Below are positions 13,628 through 25,479 of a stretch of 64,000 nucleotides of DNA, in pieces. The translations under genes and the position numbers were made by a program. The notes beneath the pieces are model-generated. The model did not search any database and had not been told where the DNA came from. It was given only the letters and a program-made list of their open reading frames with translations. Every line of letters begins with the position of its first letter. Position 1 is the stretch's first letter. This DNA is from Mustelus asterias (lineage: Eukaryota), in assembly GCF_964213995.1 (NCBI RefSeq), contig NW_027590142.1:124001-188000 (forward strand), read 5' to 3'.

Positions 13628-14635
13628 TTAAGCAGTGCAACAGCACGGTCTCCAGGTAAAGTTCTGGGACCTGAAAATATACAGCAAGGGATTGAGAAAG
13701 GCAGTGAAGGAAGTGAGAACCCACGTGTAAAATTGAACATTGCATCGGTAAAATGCTGCGCCTGGATTCGATAGCTCCAACAGATCTTTGACCCCAAAAT
13801 ACAATTCTGGAATGTGATAAGGGGCAAAGCAGAAAAGCAGAAGAGCCAAAATTCCCGCAATTGTCTTCAACACTTTCATCTTCATCAGCTTCATGGATTC
13901 TTTCCCTGTCCCCACTTCAATCAGCTTCTTTGATGTCAGGGCATAGCAGATAAATAGGATCAGGACTGGGACGGCAAACGCCATTACTTCAGAAATAAGA
14001 ATGAAGACTTTCCATGGTCTCCACTCTGTGGACATTTCCTTGCATGAATCTATATTTGACACTATTGTTCTCGCTATTAAGATCTCCGCTAGACTTAGAG
14101 CGAAAATTGCCAGCCAAGTTACAATGGACAGCACAACATAATATCGGTGCCTTCTCCAGGAGTGAGACCTGATGGGATGGACAATAGCGATGTACTGATC
14201 AACAGCAATGCATGCCATGAAAGGTGGGTTACCATAAAGGTTGATTACATACAAGAGATTAATAAAATCTACATATTGATCTACAAGCATTGAGAGAGTG
14301 TCTACAGTTAGAGCAATAATGTCAAGGGCGGAAGCAAGAATGACCAAAAGGTTAGTGATGGTTAAGTCAAGCAGGAGTATATCCGATGCTGACGAGAGTT
14401 TCTTTAATCTTATGATATGCCACAATGCAATTGCGTTCCCACCAATTCCCAATACAACTACTAAGCTAAGGAGGCAGAAAAAGATGGTCAATTGAGGCCA
14501 ATCCAATGGTTCAAAGCTGCTGTCAATTCCGGGCACGAGACTTGTATTTCCACTCTGATTGGATGTGTTGATCTCCGGCCAGCGGGCGGCGACTGTTGTA
14601 TTCCAGCTCACAAAAGTACTCATTCGATGTGACAT
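13628..14635 (-). CDS. Single-exon rhodopsin-class GPCR, delta group (P2Y/LPAR/PAR-like), 335 aa
   Basis: Seven hydrophobic segments; GN in TM1, NLYG..FMACIAVDQY in TM3, AIVHP, CFAPYH in TM6, NPLLY in TM7; N-terminal NxS/T sequons; C-terminal CCC; splice acceptor ttttag near 14656 just upstream of the ATG. Confidence 0.9.
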   Translation of the reverse strand: MSHRMSTFVSWNTTVAARWPEINTSNQSGNTSLVPGIDSSFEPLDWPQLTIFFCLLSLVVVLGIGGNAIALWHIIRLKKLSSASDILLLDLTITNLLVILASALDIIALTVDTLSMLVDQYVDFINLLYVINLYGNPPFMACIAVDQYIAIVHPIRSHSWRRHRYYVVLSIVTWLAIFALSLAEILIARTIVSNIDSCKEMSTEWRPWKVFILISEVMAFAVPVLILFICYALTSKKLIEVGTGKESMKLMKMKVLKTIAGILALLLFCFAPYHIPELYFGVKDLLELSNPGAAFYRCNVQFYTWVLTSFTAFLNPLLYIFRSQNFTWRPCCCTA

Positions 14636-15228
14636 CGCAAAATGAAGAGCACTGGCTAAAATATAAAGTTATATCATACAATTACAGTTGATAATACAGT
14701 GAGATTATACAGTAAGATTACTGCTTGTTAAGTTTTATGTTTTGTCTCCAAATCGCCAATGTTTTTGATAGGTACAGTCTGGGAAATGCTCTGCTCAGAA
14801 ATCTATGGATACCAAAGGACACGAGACATCCCAGTGCCAGCAGCATGCAGAATGGCAAAAATGAAGCAGAACCAGAAACGTGTAAATCTGCAAGTATATC
14901 AATGGGAAGAGGATAAGCAGGGAAAGAGTAGGGCTCAGTAAGGACTACGGGGAAACCTGTGGGTGGAAGCAGAAGATATTGGTAGGGTGTTGAGCGAATA
15001 TTTCACATCTGTCATCACCCACGAGAATGATGAGGAAGATATGGAAGTCGGGCAGAGAGATTGTGAGGCTCTGGAGGAAATTATTTCAGGGAGTGACAAG
15101 GTTTTGGAGTTATTGGCGGTCGTAAAAGTGGACAAATCTCCAGGTCGAAATACACTGTGTCCCAGCCTGTTGTGGGAGACAAGAGAGGAATTTTCAGGGA
15201 CTCTGGCCCAAAATTTTAATTTTAATTC

Positions 15229-15570
15229 AGGGCGGCACGATAGCACAGTGGTTAGCACTGCTGATTCACAGCTCCAGGGACCCGGGTTCGTTTCCCAGCT
15301 CGGGTCACTGTCTGTGTGGAGTTTGCACATTCTCCTCGTGTCTGCGTGGGTTTGCTCCGGGTGCTCCGGTTTCCTCCCACAGTCCAAAGATGTGCGGGTT
15401 AGGTTGATTGGCCAGGTTAAAAATTGCCCCTTAGAGTCCTGAGATGCGTAGGTTAGAGGGATTAGCGGGTAAATATGTGGGGGTAGGGCCTGGGTGGGAT
15501 TGTGGTCGGTGCCGACTCGATGGGCCGAATGGCCTCCTTCTGCACTGTAGGGTTTCTATGATTTCTATGA
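15229..15570 (+). mobile_element. HE1-like SINE, full length, nested in CR1
   Basis: Near-identical to the other young copies. Confidence 0.88.
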
Positions 15571-15689
15571 ATTACTCTCTGGCCAGGGGAGGTCATGATG
15601 TGGAGATGCCGACGTTGGACTGGGGAAACACAGGAAGATGTTTAACAACACCAGGTTAAAGTCCAACAGGTTTATTTGGTAGCAAAAGC

Positions 15690-15726
15690 CACAAGCTTTC
15701 GGAGCCTGAAGCTCCTTCTTCAGGTG
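15690..15726 (-). ncRNA. Minimal type I hammerhead ribozyme in the Penelope terminal repeat
   Basis: CAC-CUGAAGA-A-GGAGC(uucag)GCUCC-GAAA-GC-UU-GUG: core boxes, stem II, palindromic stem III and 3-bp stem I. Confidence 0.7.
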
Positions 15727-18214
15727 AGTGGGAATTCTGTCCACAAACAGGGCATAGAAAGACACAAACTCAATTTACAGAATAATGGTTGGAATGTGAA
15801 TACGTACAGCTAATCAAGTCTTAAAAGTACAAACAATGTGTGTAGAGAGAGCATTATGCCAGGTTAAGGAGATGTGTATTGTCTCCAGACAGGACAGCCA
15901 GTGAGACTCTGCAGGTTCAGGCAAGCTGTGGGGATTACAGATAGTGTGGCATGAACCCAATATCCCGGTTGAGGCTGTCTCATGTCTGGAACTTGGCTAT
16001 CAGTTTCTGCTCAGCGACTCTGCGCAGTCGTGTGTCGTGAAGGCCGCCTTGGAGAACGCTTACCCGAATATCAGAGGCCGAATGCCCGTGACCGCTTAAG
16101 TGCTCCCCAACAGGAAGTTTACAGACTTGCCGGGTGATTGTCGAGCAGTGTTCATTCATCCGTTGTCGCAGCGTCTGCATGGTTTCCCCAATGTACCATG
16201 CCTCGGGACATCCTTTCCTGCAGCGTATCATGTAGACAACATTGGCCGAGTTGCAAGAATATGTACCCTGTACCTGGTGGATGGTGTTCTCACGTGAGAT
16301 GAGGGTATTTGTGTCGATGATCCGGCACGTCTTGCAGAGGTTGCTGTGGCAGGGTTGTGTGGTGTCGTGGTCACTGTTCTCCTAAGGCTGGGTAGTTTGT
16401 TGCGGACAATGGCCTGTTTGAGGTTGCGCAGTTGTTTGAAGGCAAGAAGTGGGGGTGTGGGGAAGGCCTTGGTGAGATGTTCGTCTTCATCAATGACATG
16501 TTGAAGACTCCGGAGGAGATGCTATAGCTTCTCCGCTTCGGGGAAGTACTGGACGACGAAGGGTACTCTGTCCACCGTATCACGTGTTTGTCTTCTGAGG
16601 AGGTCAGTGTGGTTTTTCGCTGTGGCACGTCGGAACTGTCGATCGATGAGTCGAGCGCCATATCCTGTTCTTATGAGGGCATCTTTCTGCGTCTGGAGGT
16701 GGCTGTTGCGATCGTCCTCATCCGAGTAGATCCTGTGTATACGGAGGGCCTGTCCGTAGGGGATGGCTTCTTTTACGTGTTTAGGGTGGAAGCTGGAGAA
16801 GTGGAGCATCGTGAGGTTATCCGTGGGCTTGCAGTACAGTGAGGTGCTGAGGTGACCATCCTTAATGGAGATGCGTGTGTCCAAGAATGCAACCGATTCC
16901 GGAGAGTAGTCCAAGCTGAGTCTGATGGTAGGATGGAACTTGTTGATGTCATCATATAGTTGTTTCTGTGATTGTTCACCATGAGTCCAAAGGAAGAAAA
17001 ATCGGTTGAAGGTCCTGTGCGGACCTGTGCATGAAGATGTTGGCATATTGAGGTGCGAATATGGTCCCCATGGCTGTTCCGTGTGTCTGGATGAAGAACT
17101 GGTTGTTGAAGGTGAAGATATTGTGGTCCAGGATGAAGCGGATGAGATGTAAAATTGCATCTGGAAACTGGCAGTTGTCGGCGCTGAGCACTGAGGCCGT
17201 TGCAGCAATGCCATCATCGTGGGGGATGCTGGTGTAGAGTGCCGAGACATCCACTGTGACGAGGAGCGCTCCTGGTTCAACTGCTCCATCTGTGCCGAAT
17301 TTCTGTAGGAAGCCCGTAGTGTCGCGACAAAAGCTGGGGGTTCTTTGTACAATGGGTTTTAGGATGTCTTCGACATAGCCGGAGAGGTTCTCGCACAGGG
17401 TCCCATTGCCCGATACGATGGGACGGACGGGTGTGTTTGCCTTGTGTATCTTCAGGAGGCAGTAGAGATCTCCAATGCGGGGCGTACGTGGGATGAGAGC
17501 ACGGAGGGTGCTACCTCAAACAGACCATTGTCCGCAGCAAACTACCCAGCCTTCAGGAGAACAGTGACCACGACACCATACAACCCTACCACAGCAATCT
17601 CTGCAAGACGTGCCGGATCATCGACACAGATGCTATCATCTCACGTAAGAGCAGCATCCACCAGGTACACGGTACATACGTTTGCAACTCGGCCAACGTT
17701 GTCTACCTGATACGCTGCAGGAAAGGATGTCCCGAGGCATGGTACATTGGGGAAACCATACAGACGCTGCGACAACGGATGAATGAACATCGCTCGACAA
17801 TCGCCAGGCAAGACTGTAAACTTCCTGTTGGGGAGCACTTAAGCGGTCACGGGCATTCGGCCTCTGATATTTGGGTAAGCATTCTCCAAGGCGGCCTTCA
17901 CGACACACGACGGCGCAGAGTCGCTGAGCAGAAACTGATAGCCAAGTTCCGCACACATGAGGACAGCCTCAACCGGGATATTGGGTTCATGCCACACTAT
18001 CTGTAATCCCCACAGCTTGCCTGGACCTGCAGAGTCTCACTGGCTGTCCTGTCTGGAGACAATACACATCTCTTTAACCTGGCTTAATGCTCTCTCGACA
18101 CACAATGTTTGTACTTTTAAGACTTGATTAGCTGTCCGTATTCACATACCAACCATTATTCTGTAAATTGAGTTTGTGTCTTTCTATGCCCTGTTTGTGA
18201 ACAGAATTCCCACT

Positions 18215-18251
18215 CACCTGAAGAAGGAGCTTAAGGCTCCGAAAGCTTGTG
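18215..18251 (+). ncRNA. Minimal type I hammerhead ribozyme (second, inverted repeat)
   Basis: CAC-CTGAAGA-A-GGAGC(ttaag)GCTCC-GAAA-GCTT-GTG. Confidence 0.7.
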
Positions 18252-19879
18252 GCTTTTGCTACCAAATAAACCTGTTGGACTTTAACCTGGTGTTGTTAAA
18301 CTTTTCACCGGGGAGGTGCCAGAGGACTGGAGGACAGCTAATGTGATCCCGTTATTTATGAAAGGTTGCAGAGACAAGCCAGGTCTCTGGTTGGGAAACC
18401 AATGGAGAAGATTGTAAAGGAGGGAATCTATCTCCATTTGGAGAGGAAAGTTTGATCAGGGATAGTCAGCAAGGGTTGTCAGAGGGAGTTCATGCCGAAC
18501 GAATGTTTTTGAATTTTTTGAGCATGTAACCAAGTGTATAGATGAGGGTAGTGCGGTTGGGATAGTTTACATGGAGTTCAGCAAAGCCTTTGACAACGTC
18601 TCACATCGGAGACTTATTAAGAAGGCAAATGCACATGGGATACAAGGTGATCAGCTCAGGTGGATTCATAAATGGCTTAGCGGAAGGAAACAGAGGGTGA
18701 CGACAGACGGCTGCTTTAGTGACTGGAGGCCAGTGACCAGTGGCGTACCACAGGAATTCATGCTGGTCTCCCTATTGTTCGTCAGTTATATAAATGACAC
18801 AGATGACTATGTGGGGATAGGATCAGTATGTTTGCGGATGATGCAAAACTTGGCCGTGCGGTTAACAATGAGGCTGAGTGTCTTGGGACACAGGAAGATA
18901 TAGACGAGATGGTCAAATGGCTAGATAAGTGACAGATAGAATTTAACCCTGAAAAGTGTGAAGTGGTACACTTTGGAAGGAGTAAATTGACACGGAAGTA
19001 TCCGATGAAATGTCTGACGCTGGGTAGTTTCGTAGGACAAAGGGACATTGGTGTTTGTCCATAGATCTCTGAAGGCGAAAAATTAGGTTAAAAGAGTGGT
19101 GAAAAGGCATATGGCACATTCGCCTTCATCAATCGGGGTATAGATTACAAAAGCAGAGAGTTCATGATGGAGTTGCACAGAATTTTGATGAGGCCACAGC
19201 TGGAGTACTGTGTGCAGTTCTGGTCGCCACATTATAGGAAGGACGTGATCGCACTGGAAGGGGTGCAGAGGAGATTCACCAGGATGTTGCCGGGGAAGGA
19301 ACATTTAAGTTAGAAACAGAGGTTGGATAGGCTTGGGTCGTTTTCTCTCGGACAGAGTAGACTGAGGAGCGACCTGATTGAGGTGTTCAAGGTGATGAGG
19401 GGCATGGACAGTGTGGATAAGGAACAGCTGCTCCCCTTAGTTGAAGGGTCAGTTAAGAGGGGACACAAGTTAAAAATGAGGAGTGGGAGATTTCGGGGGG
19501 GATTTGAGGAAAAGCGTTTCTTACCCAGAGGGTGGTTACAGCCTGGAATGCACTGGCTGTTAGGGTGATGGGAGCAGATTGTCTCACATTCTTTAAAAAA
19601 AGTACCTGGATGTGCACTTGGCGCGCCATAATATTTACGGGTATGGGCCAAGTGGGATTAGGTGGGCAGGTCAGGGCCTTTAATGCGTCGCTGCGAACTC
19701 GATGGGCCGAAGGGACTCTTCTGCACTGTCGTATTATGTGATTCTGTGACTTTAGTTATTCAAGAACTGAAAGGAAAGTCATCTTGGATGTTGGAAAGTG
19801 AGCTATCTGGAAAATCTGGTGTAGTTCTAAATTTCTCCTAAGTTTTTCTGTTCTCTGATTTCTGTTTGTTACTCTCTTC

Positions 19880-20820
19880 TCTAATGGCGATATGGCTACA
19901 TGGACTGTTGTCTCCCGAATCTCTGTTTCATCCTCTGCCTCAGTCTCTTTCCCTCAGGAAGATAACTGCTCAATGTCGATTTTCGTTCGCCTTTACATTT
20001 CAGGCATTTGCAAACTGATCGGCCTCTCAGTGCGATCCAGTCATGAAAATAGTGACATTATGACTCGTGCATATCAGTTCCTCACTTCAGGAAGAATTGT
20101 GCGCACTGCCCTGCGTCGCTCAATGCCTGTCTCTCAAGAAGACAACTGTATATTAACCAAACTCTCTCAGAGTGCCTCCTTAGGGGAGAGTTTTGAACAC
20201 TGGCTGATTTATTCTCACAGGGAGATTTATTTGTGTTAGCCTACCTGCTCCCTGGAGAAATAGTTACGTACTGGTCTCTCTCCGTGCCACTCTTGCAGAA
20301 AAATAGCCGCACACATATGGTTGGGTCTCAGCCCCACGCTCTCATGCAGATACCTATCTGTAGACTGACAGCTATTTCCCAGCCCCTCTCTCTCTCCCAG
20401 GGATATATCTGTAAACTGACTGTTGTCCCTCAGTCCCCCCTCTCTTTCAGGGAGGTATATGCACGGTGACCTGTGTTTTTCAGAACCTCTCTCTCTCAGG
20501 AAGATATCCATACACTGACTGGTTGCTCTCAGTCCCCTTTCCCTCACGGAACTACCAGTGCACCGACTGCTGCCTCTCAGACTCTCTCTCTGAGGGTGAA
20601 ATCTATGCACTGAATGGAGTCTGTCAACCCTCTCTCACTCTGTTCCCTGAACGGTGTCGCACAATCTTCTCTGTCAAGGAGATACCTTCACAATGGCTGG
20701 AGATTTTAGGTTTTCTCTCTCTATTGGAGGTATTGAACACTGTCTGTAAGGTCCCTCTCTCACATGAAGTTACCTTTACGCAGACTGTTCTTCCTCAGTC
20801 TCACTGCTTTAGGAATAAAT
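19880..20820. repeat. Degenerate ~45-50 bp tandem repeat
   Basis: Recurrent CTCTCTCAGGRAGATA...CACTGACTG..CTCTCAG motifs. Confidence 0.55.
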
Positions 20821-21058
20821 GTGCATATCGTTTTCTATGTTTCTTTCCACACACGCAGAGGCGAACATCTGTATAGTGGCTGGTGTCAATGTTTTCCTGT
20901 ATTTCTTCACACTCACGTGGTCTCTCTCATGAAAACCATCAGGTCACATTCCTCATGTTGTGAATCGTTACTGTTGAGAACTGTTCAGAGCGGCAGATTT
21001 TTCCTTGACAAGATCAACAATCAAATCTAACACGTGGAACGAAAATCTCCAGGATATC

Positions 21059-21194
21059 NNNNNNNNNNNNNNNNNNNNNNNNNNNNNNNNNNNNNNNNNN
21101 NNNNNNNNNNNNNNNNNNNNNNNNNNNNNNNNNNNNNNNNNNNNNNNNNNNNNNNNNNNNNNNNNNNNNNNNNNNNNNNNNNNNNNNNNNNNNN
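21059..21194. other. Assembly gap (136 N)
   Basis: Run of N. Confidence 1.
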
Positions 21195-21754
21195 TGTGTG
21201 TTTCATGCTGCTTCTTCTTCGTTTAATCTTCTTTCTGTTAATCCCTAATACAGTGTTTAATTTGCCTCATACTTCTGCTCTTTACTCTCAATCGCATTCT
21301 CTACACGGCCATCCACATTCTCTGCTGACCAATCTATTTCTCCATTCGGCCATACTTTCTCGCTATAATTGACACTGCTTATTTGCCCACTTTCAAACTC
21401 TGCGTGTTTCTATGGCGGTTCCAATTTCCACCTACCTTTCTCTTCGTGGCTCTCGTACTCCTCAGGACTCAAGTAATATGCTCTTTTTTCTGGAACTGTG
21501 CTGAGGAAATGGAACAGATGATTCTGTTTAATTGTGAAAAATCGGTTTGACGGAATGTAGAATTGAAAGTGAGACCTTTCAGGGACATATTCGCCCGCCT
21601 ACCAAGTGGAACTGTTGGGATCACACCTATTTATATTTCCTGAGCTGTTGTTTGCCCAATAACTCTGTCCATGTCATACGCTTCTCCAGCACCTCCCAAT
21701 AATAACTTTGGATGTCATTGCTGATATGCATCCGAAAGTGTTTCAAATATTGCA

Positions 21755-22400
21755 ACACAGGTGGAGAAGGTAATCAAGAAGGCATACGGCATGCTTACCT
21801 TCATCGGACAGAGCATTGAGTTTAAAAATTGGCAAGTCATGTTGCAGCTTTTTAGAACCTTAGCTAGGCCGCACTTAGGATATAGTGTTCAATACTGGTC
21901 GCCAAACTGCCAGAAGGATGTAGAGGCTTAGGAGAGGGTACAGAAAAGATTTACCAGGATGTTGCCTGGTATGGAGGGCATTAGCTATAAGGAGAGGTTG
22001 GAGAAACTTGGTTTCTTCTCACTGCAACGACGGAGCTTGAGGGATAACCTGATAGAAGTCTACAAATTATGAGGGGCATGGAAAGATTGGATAGTCTGAA
22101 GCTTTTTCCCAGGATGGACGAGTCAATTATTAGGGGGCATAGTTTTAAGGTGCGAGGGGCAAGATTTAAAGGAGATGTACGAGGCATGTTTTTTTACACA
22201 GAAGTTGATGGGTGCCTGGAACTCGCAGCCGGGGGAGGTAGTGATGTATACAGGACATCTTGGCAAATACATGAATAGGATGGGAATAGAGGGATCCGGT
22301 CTCCGGAAGGGTACAGGGTTTTAGTTCAGTCGGGAGCACTGTCAATGCAGGCTTGGATGGCCGACGGGCCTGTTCCTGTGCTGTAATTTTCGTTGTTCTT
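21755..22400 (+). mobile_element. CR1 LINE 3' fragment
   Basis: QVEKVIKKAYGML region through to the CCTGTTCCTGTGCTGTAATTTTC tail. Confidence 0.85.
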
Positions 22401-24319
22401 TGGACTTTTGGCCTGGGGCCCAGTACAGTGCAGACAGAGGGGATACAATCAATTATCTGGGATAGTTATTAAATTGGGCACGAGCTCAGGCTTTTACTCA
22501 ACCCTCCAGCATCCCTGCAGAGCAATCCCACTCCCCACATCTCCTGGATCAGTTGCTCAATCTATGACCAAAAACTGAGGGTGAACGGATTGTCTCTCTG
22601 ATGGGAGGGGTGAGTGTAGTTGCTCAGATCTTATTGTCACAAACTTTGTGAACCGAGTCCACGGCAGCCCTAAAGCAGACATTTTATAATTAAAAACCCG
22701 CATTCCCCGTCCCACCCGACAGAAAATCAAGTGTCAGTGCAGACACATATGTTCATTTTATTTACATCTATTATTTCGCTTCAAACTGTAGTTTCCAATT
22801 GCAGCATATCACTTCACAACACAGAGTGAGATCTATTCTCCATCATACTTAACCCCCACTATATTTTCAGAGACACTGATACCCGTGCTTGGCGTGCAGT
22901 CGATCGGATGTCAGCAGACACTAAGATTTCCATATCCTGAGTGTGACATGGAACATTTTCCATGTTGCCAACATGAACTGCAAACAAACATTGAACGACC
23001 TTGGCAATATTTAAATTATTTAATGTAATTCATCCGCTGTGGAAGGTGCTTCTTAACTCTATTGTTTGTTCCTCTCTTATTTGTTAATTCCAATGTAAAT
23101 TAATTTTTGCATCCCAGTCTTTTTCTTTCCCTCGGTCTTTTCCTCACTCTCACTACCACCCCTGCCCCCTTACTCTTTAGCTATGTACCAATCGATTTCA
23201 ATGGGGGCTTTGAAGTGCCTAGGAAAACCTCATTCTTACTATCACCTGTTTAGGCATATCTATCCGTTTATCAATCAGTATGGATCTCTGAAAATACACA
23301 TATTTTCTCATAAACCTGCGATACTTTTCGTGCATATGGACGTTACAGACATTCACACATTGCTTCCTAATGCAGTAGCATCTATGTCAGTACATGTATG
23401 TCTCTATCTTCTCGGCTAACTGTTCGAATCCCGATTTATTTCCACCCAGGACCGAGAAGAGAAAGTCAAGTGCAAAGTCGACCACAATAACTCCGGTCTC
23501 AATTGTGCTAGATGTTAAAAAAATGAAAGACTCCACAAAGTGTCTGTAATGAGTAATTAATTTCTTAATTCAGATGCTAAACTTTGCAAACCAATTGTCA
23601 AGAAAAAACGCTAAATAGAAACAAGGCGAGAAAACATCCTAATCCATAGTGTACACTATTTACTTGAGGATAGAATCCTTACTTAGCCTCTTGCTATGCT
23701 AATCAGATGATAAGTAGCAATATGCGTTAAAGCCTCCATCACGTAAATACCCCGGATGATCTCTACTAAAACGACGCCAGACTGAAGGAGACATTGCGAT
23801 GGTTGTTTCTCTCGAAAACCTCCAAACATTCAAACCTGAACAGGTCGTATATATCCAGAGGGTGCCTGCCTACTTGCAAATCAGTCATTGGAACCTAAAA
23901 CTGTCGGATTTTGGAACAGAAGCAGACCAATCAGCACTTTATTCTGCTCGAAAAGATCATGGCAAGTTTTGTTCTTATTTCACATCTACTATCCCATCTG
24001 TTCTCCATATCCCTCTACTCCCTTGCCGATGAAAACATCTATTCAACTCAGCCTCGAATAAAGGGTTATGGGCATGAGAGGGGCGAGGGGAGTGGAGTTG
24101 AGGATTGTCGTATCTAATCAGTCATGATCTCATTAAATGGCGGATCACATTCGATGGGCGAATGATATTTTAAGCTCCATTTCTTATGGTTAAGTACAAT
24201 GACCAAGCCATATTGCTTTCTGAGGACGAAACTTTTAAATGCCAATGACACTCTGAGGGAGAAAAAAGTTCTCAGCTTCGTCTGGAACGGAAGACCTTTT
24301 ATATTTAAACAATATCCTC

Positions 24320-24676
24320 TAGAATCATAGAATCATCATGCAATCTCTAAAGTTCAGAAGGAGACAATTCAGCCAATCGAGTGTGCACCGACTTTATAAG
24401 AAGCATTTCACCCAGTTCCTCCATTTCGCCGTATCCTCATGAGCCAGCGTGGTTGCAATGGTTAATCCTGCTAAACTGCATATTCGGGGCAAGTTAGCAT
24501 GTTGACTAACCTGCGCATCTTTACACTGTGGGAGCAAGCCGGAGCACCCAGAAGAAACCCACATAGACAATGGAAGAATGTGCAATTTCCACAGAGACAA
24601 ACACCCAAGGCCGGAATGGAATCAGGGCCCCTGGAGCTCTGAGGCAGCAGTGAGAACACTGTGCTACCATGCCGTC
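24320..24676 (-). mobile_element. Diverged HE1-like SINE
   Basis: Reverse complement of the SINE head, body and tail. Confidence 0.75.
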
Positions 24677-25479
24677 CAAAGCGGTGCAGTCTTCATAACT
24701 TGCATTTATTTTGACACTCCACCATTAACTCTTTAATTTTCATCTATTTTCATCTAAAGTAAATGCAAAATTTTATTTGTGATATCCGTAATAGCAATGC
24801 GCATCTATGTAGCTCCTTGAATGGAATTAAGAAGCTCACAATCCTTTAAAGGGGCATTTTTTAAAAAATGACGAAGTGACCCACTTAAAATGGATAGTCA
24901 GGAAGAGGGGCAATGGAGTAATGGAATTGAAACGAGACGAATAATAATTAAAGTCGAGGTAATCCGCTGAGAAGCCGGGATCGATTCCCACCGTGGCACA
25001 TGGTAAAATTTGAATTCAAACAGAAGTTTAATGATGATCTTCAAAACATTGTCGATCGATGTAAAAACCCAACTGATTCAGCAATAAGCTGACCTACACG
25101 TGACTCCTGGATCCAGGTCTGCAGTTGAATCTCAAATGCCCTCTGAAGTGGCCAGTCAATGCAAGGGCAATAAATGATGTACAAAATAAAAGTTTGAAAG
25201 CTTCACTGAAATTGAAAATATGACGCCCAGTTGGTCATCTGGCTCCGGCCACCTCACGACCAACAACGTTCTTGGTTATGGGGCCACCATCTACCCTAAC
25301 GCTTTTCCGATCATGTGACTGAGAGGATAGTCTCATCTGTGATTCTCTCTTGCCACTACATACACAGTATGCAATAAAGGCAGCGAACATGTCGAGCTTG
25401 AGCGGTTAAATAAAGGCCACTGAGTCTCTGGGCGTAATGGGTTGCATCCTAAATGACGAAGTTGCAGAGATAGTGAATG

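Larger units (their letters stand above)
15594..18307 (-). mobile_element. Penelope-like element (RT + GIY-YIG endonuclease), 5'-truncated, with an inverted 3' repeat
   Basis: RT motifs DVSALYTSIPH and QTHGTAMG..FAPQYANIFM; GIY-YIG region IRCRKGCPEAWYIGET; arms 15640-16424 and 17513-18300 are inverted copies; TSD core GGGGAGGT at 15586-15593 and 18310-18317. Confidence 0.9.
14840..19750 (+). mobile_element. CR1 LINE split by a SINE (15229-15570) and a Penelope-like element (15594-18307)
   Basis: KSPG...LLWE motif before the insertions; resumes with GEVPEDWRTANV at 18310 and continues through RT to the tail near 19745. Confidence 0.85.
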
